Source: a bacterium (GTDB lineage Bacteria; UBA10199; 2-02-FULL-44-16; JAAZCA01). Taken from it: a stretch of 64,000 nt of DNA. The stretch's first letter is position 1. Every line of letters starts with the position of its first letter. The translations under genes and the position numbers were made by a program. Below are positions 58,556-64,000 of this stretch, piece by piece. A model generated the notes under the pieces. The model was not told the DNA's origin. It did not search any database and saw only the letters and a list, made by a program, of their open reading frames with translations. The stretch lies in the NCBI GenBank assembly GCA_963674695.2, contig CAXXGI010000002.1, positions 608,001 through 672,000 of the forward strand, in the 5' to 3' direction.

Positions 58556-60232
58556 ATGTATCAAGTTCTCGCCCGAAAATATCGTCCACAGACGTTTGCT
58601 GACGTCGTCGGCCAGGAGCACATCACCACCACGCTGAAGAACGCGCTGGCGAGCGGGCGCCTGCATCACGCCTATCTCTTCACCGGCGCGCGCGGCATCG
58701 GCAAGACGACGGTGGCGCGTGTCTTGGCCAAGGCGCTCAACTGCACGGCGGCCAAGGATTTCGAGCCCTGCAACGTCTGCTCCGCTTGCCTGGAGATCAC
58801 CGCGGGGAACTCGCTCGATGTGCAGGAGATCGACGGTGCCTCCAACACCAGCGTCGAAGATGTACGCGAGATCCGCGAACGCGTGAAATTCATGCCGTCG
58901 TCGGGGCGCTACAAGATCTACATCATCGATGAAGTGCACATGCTCTCGACGAGCGCGTTCAATGCGCTCCTCAAGACCTTGGAAGAGCCGCCTGCGCACG
59001 TCGTCTTCATCTTCGCCACGACCGAGGCGCACAAGATCCCCGCGACGATCCTGTCGCGCTGTCAGCGCTACGATTTTCGCCGCATTCCCGCGCCGCTGAT
59101 TGCCGCCACACTCGGGCGCATTGCCGGCGATGAGGGGCTCACCGTCGAAGCGGATGCACTCGCGCTCGTCGCCCGTGAGGCGACCGGCTCCATGCGCGAT
59201 GCCGAATCGCTGCTCGATCAGGCGGTTGCCTTCGCCGGCGGCGCGGTGACGGGAGAGACCATCAAGGCGATGCTCGGTTTTCTCGATCGCAAACTCCTCT
59301 TCGATGCCCTGCGCGCGGTCGTACGCCACGACGCCAAGACGGCCATCGAGGTGCTCGACGAGGTCTATGCCACGGGCGCGGATCTGAGCCGCTTTGCCAC
59401 CGATGTGCTCGAACTGGTGCGTCACCTGTTGGTGGTCGCCGAATGCGGTGGAAAGAGCGCGCCGGTCGATCTCATGGAAGACGAGCGCGCCCTGCTCGAC
59501 GAACTGGCCCGCACCATCGATGGCCCGCGTCTGCATCAGATGTTTTCCCTCTGGTATAGCGTGGCCGACGCGGTCGCACGATCCTCCTTTCCCAAGATGC
59601 TGCTCGAGGTAGGGCTTATCCGGTTGGCGCGCGTGGAACCGGTGAAACCCATCGCCGACATCGTCGCCCGACTCGATGCCGTCATCGGGGCATCGGCACC
59701 GGTGCCCGCCGTTGCGCCTTCAGCGGCGACGCCGTCGGCTTCGCGGCCAACGCCGACACCGCAGACGACACCTCCCGCGAAGGCGGTCGCGCCCGCTGCG
59801 CCTGAGGCCAATCCCAAACCCACGTTCGAGCCAGCGCCCACCGGGGCCGATGCCGATTGCGAACGACGGTGGGATGAATTCATGCGGTGGATCGTCGTGC
59901 AGCGCCCTCGAATTGCCTCGATCATCCAGAACGGCGAGCTCGAAGGTGTGGCCAATGGCGTCGTGCGAATGTCGTTTTCCAATCCGCTCTTCGCCGGCAT
60001 GATCACCGAGGACGATCGCCGTCCCCAGGTGGAGGAACTGCTGGCCACGTTTTTCAAACGCCCCTTTCGTATCGCGGTGGAGCAATCAGCACAGGGGAAT
60101 ACAACGATCTCCGAGCGGCAGCAGAAGAAGGAACTCATGCGCGAGGCCCTGGGGAGCGAAACCGTGCGCAAGGCCGCCGATATTCTCGACGCCAGGGTGT
60201 TCGATGTGAAGGTGGACGATAAAAACGTATAA
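58556..60232 (+). CDS. dnaX: DNA polymerase III subunit gamma/tau
   Basis: YQVLARKYRPQTF, GARGIGKT, EIDGAS, IIDEVHML, TILSRCQ; start at ATG 58556. Confidence 0.97.
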   Translation: MYQVLARKYRPQTFADVVGQEHITTTLKNALASGRLHHAYLFTGARGIGKTTVARVLAKALNCTAAKDFEPCNVCSACLEITAGNSLDVQEIDGASNTSVEDVREIRERVKFMPSSGRYKIYIIDEVHMLSTSAFNALLKTLEEPPAHVVFIFATTEAHKIPATILSRCQRYDFRRIPAPLIAATLGRIAGDEGLTVEADALALVAREATGSMRDAESLLDQAVAFAGGAVTGETIKAMLGFLDRKLLFDALRAVVRHDAKTAIEVLDEVYATGADLSRFATDVLELVRHLLVVAECGGKSAPVDLMEDERALLDELARTIDGPRLHQMFSLWYSVADAVARSSFPKMLLEVGLIRLARVEPVKPIADIVARLDAVIGASAPVPAVAPSAATPSASRPTPTPQTTPPAKAVAPAAPEANPKPTFEPAPTGADADCERRWDEFMRWIVVQRPRIASIIQNGELEGVANGVVRMSFSNPLFAGMITEDDRRPQVEELLATFFKRPFRIAVEQSAQGNTTISERQQKKELMREALGSETVRKAADILDARVFDVKVDDKNV

Positions 60233-60235
60233 GGC

Positions 60236-60425
60236 ACGAAGGGGGAAGGGCGAAGGGTGAAGGGTGAAGCGATTGTCATCCCGACCGAGTGAAACGAGTG
60301 GAGGGATCTCATGAGATTCCTCGACGGAGTTTACCTTGAGCCCTTCGACTCGTTTCACTCGCTCAGGATAAACTCAGTCGAAGGGCCCGGAATGACACCA
60401 TCACGTCTGACGAGTTACGAGTCAC
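60236..60425. repeat. Composite block: (GAAGGGT)n heptamers, REP-like palindrome with nested CCCTTCGAC element, ACGAGTT heptamers
   Basis: All three repeat families are juxtaposed in one intergenic spacer. Confidence 0.7.
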
Positions 60426-60446
60426 GGCACCAGGAGGGAGTTTTCG

Positions 60447-60770
60447 ATGAAGCTTAATATGAAAGAGATGATGAAGCAGGCGCAGCAGATGCAGACCGAC
60501 ATGGCCAAGAAGCAGGAGGAGCTGGCGGCCAAGACCTTCGAAGCGGCCAGCGGTGGCGGCATGGTGACCGTCGTCGTCAATGGACGACATGAGCTGATTT
60601 CGCTGACCATCGATCCGTCCATCGTCTCTTCCGACGATGTCGAGATGCTGCAGGATCTCATCACCGCCGCGGTCAACGAGGGCTTTCGCAAGGTCTCCGA
60701 GGCGGTGCAGCAGGAGATGAGCGGCATGATGGGGGGCCTCGGCGGCCTCGGCAACCTCTTCGGCGCCTGA
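60447..60770 (+). CDS. ybaB: YbaB/EbfC nucleoid-associated protein
   Basis: MMKQAQQMQ, SGGGMVTV, DVEMLQDLITAAVN. Confidence 0.95.
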   Translation: MKLNMKEMMKQAQQMQTDMAKKQEELAAKTFEAASGGGMVTVVVNGRHELISLTIDPSIVSSDDVEMLQDLITAAVNEGFRKVSEAVQQEMSGMMGGLGGLGNLFGA

Positions 60771-60775
60771 ACGTC

Positions 60776-60855
60776 CGTGACTCGTCACTCGTCAATCGTA
60801 ACTCGTCGTATTTTACGAGTCACGAGTCACGAGTTACGAGTTACGAGTTGCGAGT
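60776..60855. repeat. Inverted heptamer repeats abutting the recR start
   Basis: GTGACTC/GTAACTC, then GAGTCAC/GAGTTAC x5-6 directly before ATG. Confidence 0.85.
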
Positions 60856-61443
60856 ATGACTCCTATCGATCGTCTCGTCCATGAACTCGCGAAACTCCCC
60901 GGCATTGGGGAGCGCACGGCCCAGCGCCTTGCCTTTTTCATCCTGCGCCAGCCGGGCGAATATGCGCGCGCGCTCTCTGCCGCGCTCGTCGATGTGAAGG
61001 AAAAGGTGCGTCTCTGTTCCGAATGTATGAACCTGACCGAGACCGATCCCTGCGACACCTGCCGTGATGCGCGGCGCGATGCCTCCATCATCTGCGTGGT
61101 CGAGGAGCCCTCCGACATGCTCGCGGTCGAGCGGTCGCAGAGCTTTCGCGGTCGCTATCACGTTTTGCACGGCGCGCTCTCACCGCTCGACGGCATCGGC
61201 CCCGACGATATCAAGCTCGTCGAACTCCTGCGTCGCCTTGAAGGGGATTCGGTGCGAGAGGTGATCGTGGCCACCAACGCCAACGTCGAGGGCGAGGCCA
61301 CCGCGCTCTATCTGACCAAACTCATCAAACCGACCGGCATTCGCCTTACGCGACTGGCCTCCGGCATCCCCGTCGGCGGCGATCTCGAATACATCGATGC
61401 CTCCACGCTCACCCGAGCCTTCGAAGAACGCCGCGAACTGTAG
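60856..61443 (+). CDS. recR: Recombination mediator RecR
   Basis: LPGIGERTAQRLA, C4 zinc finger, CVVEE, YHVLHG, EGEATA, GIPVGGDLEY. Confidence 0.97.
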   Translation: MTPIDRLVHELAKLPGIGERTAQRLAFFILRQPGEYARALSAALVDVKEKVRLCSECMNLTETDPCDTCRDARRDASIICVVEEPSDMLAVERSQSFRGRYHVLHGALSPLDGIGPDDIKLVELLRRLEGDSVREVIVATNANVEGEATALYLTKLIKPTGIRLTRLASGIPVGGDLEYIDASTLTRAFEERREL

Positions 61444-61473
61444 GGTATCTCACACATTTCGTATTCCAATGAG

Positions 61474-61663
61474 TGTCATTCCCGCGAAAGCGGGAATTTC
61501 GATTTTTTGGCACGTCGAGATTCCCGCTTTCGCGGGAATGACACCCCCAGGATTGTCACCCCTGGGTTTGTCATCCCCGTGAAAACGGGGATCTCGATCT
61601 GCTCTAACAAGCGAGATTCCCCCGCCACACAACCGGCGGGCAGGCCGCGTTCGCGGGGATGAC
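61474..61663. repeat. Two tandem REP-like palindromes
   Basis: GTCATTCCCGCGAAAGCGGGAAT...GGGAATGAC and GTCATCCCCGTG...GGGGATGAC. Confidence 0.85.
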
Positions 61664-61789
61664 TGCTTGCATATGTACTCTTTCTCTCCTGACGACACGC
61701 CTACATTGTACTTGGAGAATGGGCATTTCTTCTGTTAGGAACTCCTCTTCATTATACGCCGCAATCGATTGGCGCGATGAGGGGTGTTC

Positions 61790-64000
61790 ATGGGAATCGA
61801 AGGGCCAAATGGAAAAGGGCCGGGTGACGCGTCGCCGTCGGTGTATGCCGATGACGATCGTGCGCGCGATCTTCCCGAATCCACCGATGCGAACGCTTCC
61901 GATGCATCGGTGGATAGTTATGCACGCGCTGAACCCACCGATGCGCATCTGATCGCTTCATCATCATCCGATGGAAACAATCCCCTCATCGCTCGGGAAG
62001 CTGTACCGCAAAAATGGACGCGCGATGAGACCGAGGCCAAGATCGTCGCAGAGATGAATGCGCTCGGATATACGCGTGCCGGCGAGATCGGCCGAAGCGC
62101 CTATCGTGAACTTGAGGTGCGCTTCAAGGCAGACAGAGAGGGAAAGAAGAAGGTCACCGGCATCGTTCTGCAGGCATGCGTGCGCGTGGCCTATCGCGAG
62201 GTGCATGGTCAAGCGGCCGGGGCGAAGGCGGGGGTCGTCGTCGACGTTGCCAAGCGGCTGCTGGTCTTCCTGACGAAACACCGTTCGCATCTCGATATCC
62301 CCGATGATCGGTTCCCCGTAAAGCGCGGCCGAAAAAAAGGATCGAAGGGTGTGGATGGAAGCGCTTCGACGACGGCGCGTACCCTCTTCGGCGCGGTGAT
62401 CGATTCTTCGGTCGTGGCGCAGAAAGCGGTCGATGCGCACGATGAGCGCATTGCGATCGAGGCCGAGGCCGTGGTGCTGGAAGGGTCCGTCGCCGAGCGG
62501 GTCTCGTATTATCTCGCGCAGGTGGCGATACTCGAAGGTCGTCTCCGTCTCTTCGATGATGAATCCGATTCGTTATCGGTGGAACAGGTCGTCGAAATCC
62601 TGGAGGCGCGCGAATCCCGTGATCTGGCGCGAGCATGGACGAACGTGCGCGAGACCTCGCGCCTGTTGGCGCAGGCCCGTGTGCGCATCGATGCCTTCAG
62701 CGCCGGCGTGACCGAAACGGCGGTTCAGGGGGTCGTCGATCGTCTTCAGCCGGAGATCGATGCTTGGCTTTCCAATCCTGAGCGACGCGAACATCGCAGC
62801 CCCCTCCTCGAGGTGGTGACGCTCTATGTGCGTCTGTGGCTCACCGAACAGGGGGGCAATGTTCCGGAGCGTCTTGGCGCTTCACCCGAGGTGCTCTCAC
62901 GGGCGGCCGAGCTGACCGCACAGGGATTTGGGAATGCGAGTCAGCGAAAAACATTCATCCCGCTCGCCGAGCAGTTCATCGATCACCTCGTGCGCTCATC
63001 GCGGGAAGGACAGATGGCGAGCGCGGCCGGCACGCTCTTTGACCAGCATGCGACGGCTTCGGTCGATGCGAATGTATCGAGGAGGGAGCGCGTCGGTCCC
63101 GCCACCCCCGCTGCGCGGTTGCACGCGCTCTTGGGGGGGGATTTGCATGGGCGCTATCAATTTTTCTTCGACGGCCTTCGGCAGGGAGTCCATTCGCTCC
63201 TGCAGGGCGATCCTGCAATCGATCGTGATATGACCGCGGCCGGGGTGTCGATGCTTCTGTCTGGCTATGTCAAAGCGCTTGCGAAGGCGCGGCCCGATGA
63301 GCCGGTCGCAGAACAGATCAAGACATACGGCGTCGAGATCGACCGGCTTCAGGAGGTGATCGATCGCCACCGCACGTTCTATTCCTATTCAAAACTGCAG
63401 ATCGATCTCTTCTCCGCCTTCATCGAACAGGGACGCGGTGCGAAGCAGGAGACGACGATCGAGGTCAAGCCCGCGACGAATGTGGATGAGCCGCGCGGCG
63501 ATTCGGTCGACTTCGTGCCAATTGCGCGCCCCGGCGTCGAGGGGATCCTCGAAGGGCTCGAATCGATTGGCGCCGACGTCGGTCCCGAGGTGCGCGCACG
63601 TCTCTACGCTTCGGCGCCGAAGTGGGGGCAGTTGAGCCCGCCGAGCCGCGTGACGGCACAGAACTGGCAGACGATCGTCGAGGTGGCCATTCCAAACGTG
63701 TGGGAGGATCTCGTCACCATCGCGCGCGAGGAGGGGACGCTCGCCGATCTTCTCATCGCGTTTCCTCCATCCGGTTCTCTGAATCGGCACTGGGCCGAAC
63801 GCGTTTCCGAGGCGCGTCGGAAGGGAGGGCTCGATGCGCTGTCCAAAAAGGCGTATACAAAGAACCCCTTCCCGGAAGGTCACCTCGCGGCGATCCTGAA
63901 ACGGTATCGGCCGGAGGGAATCACCGAGGCGGGTTGGGCGCGTGCAATCGCCGAGGCCGCCGGAGAGCAGGGGGGGCTCGAACGTCTGGCGCTTCGCCAT
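61790..64000 (+). CDS. Large orphan protein (>735 aa, runs off the window; absent from the ORF track)
   Basis: GAGGGG RBS, ATG 61790; my translation MGIEGPNGKGPGDASPS...GGLERLALRH has no stop before the window end. Confidence 0.75.
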   Translation, partial: MGIEGPNGKGPGDASPSVYADDDRARDLPESTDANASDASVDSYARAEPTDAHLIASSSSDGNNPLIAREAVPQKWTRDETEAKIVAEMNALGYTRAGEIGRSAYRELEVRFKADREGKKKVTGIVLQACVRVAYREVHGQAAGAKAGVVVDVAKRLLVFLTKHRSHLDIPDDRFPVKRGRKKGSKGVDGSASTTARTLFGAVIDSSVVAQKAVDAHDERIAIEAEAVVLEGSVAERVSYYLAQVAILEGRLRLFDDESDSLSVEQVVEILEARESRDLARAWTNVRETSRLLAQARVRIDAFSAGVTETAVQGVVDRLQPEIDAWLSNPERREHRSPLLEVVTLYVRLWLTEQGGNVPERLGASPEVLSRAAELTAQGFGNASQRKTFIPLAEQFIDHLVRSSREGQMASAAGTLFDQHATASVDANVSRRERVGPATPAARLHALLGGDLHGRYQFFFDGLRQGVHSLLQGDPAIDRDMTAAGVSMLLSGYVKALAKARPDEPVAEQIKTYGVEIDRLQEVIDRHRTFYSYSKLQIDLFSAFIEQGRGAKQETTIEVKPATNVDEPRGDSVDFVPIARPGVEGILEGLESIGADVGPEVRARLYASAPKWGQLSPPSRVTAQNWQTIVEVAIPNVWEDLVTIAREEGTLADLLIAFPPSGSLNRHWAERVSEARRKGGLDALSKKAYTKNPFPEGHLAAILKRYRPEGITEAGWARAIAEAAGEQGGLERLALRH

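Noticed and set aside
58556-60232. Programmed -1 frameshift in dnaX
   Set aside because: I saw no A AAA AAG-type slippery site or long A run.
61964-64000. Short ORFs listed in the track at the window end
   Set aside because: They are better explained by the single long plus-strand frame from 61790.

Overview
GC-rich bacterial chromosome segment, probably from an uncultured deltaproteobacterium-like lineage (inferred from a TIGR02147-like gene and MYXO-CTERM-like tails). The housekeeping backbone comprises thiL, two CNNM/CorC genes, larC, rlmD, rpsU-yqeY-dnaG-rpoD, a 2-oxoacid:ferredoxin oxidoreductase operon, serC/serA/nfi, tadA, two tRNA-Ser genes, SRP RNA and dnaX-ybaB-recR. It is interspersed with solitary orphan genes. 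Main observation: nine non-housekeeping genes share an upstream bipartite motif, NNAAC(T)TT-N11-13-(G/A)(C/A/T)CGA(T)AA, resembling a sigma28/FliA promoter, whereas the housekeeping promoters I could read are TTGACA-type. Several of these orphans pair an enzyme domain (lytic transglycosylase, GNAT-like, methyltransferase-like, His kinase, FGE/CLec) with signal-peptide-less N-termini, and three have acidic-then-hydrophobic C-terminal tails. This suggests a dispersed, co-regulated effector-like regulon (inference). Other oddities: an M4/M36-like peptidase with apparently C-terminal propeptide domains, a two-module 'polyprotein' with an internal CTERM anchor plus a second signal peptide, a 193-bp tRNA-derived tandem array, an amber-interrupted CLec gene with a DGR-like variable region, a 165-bp MITE with a target-site duplication, heptamer repeats and many REP-like palindromes. 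All family assignments come from motif reading by eye, without database searches.
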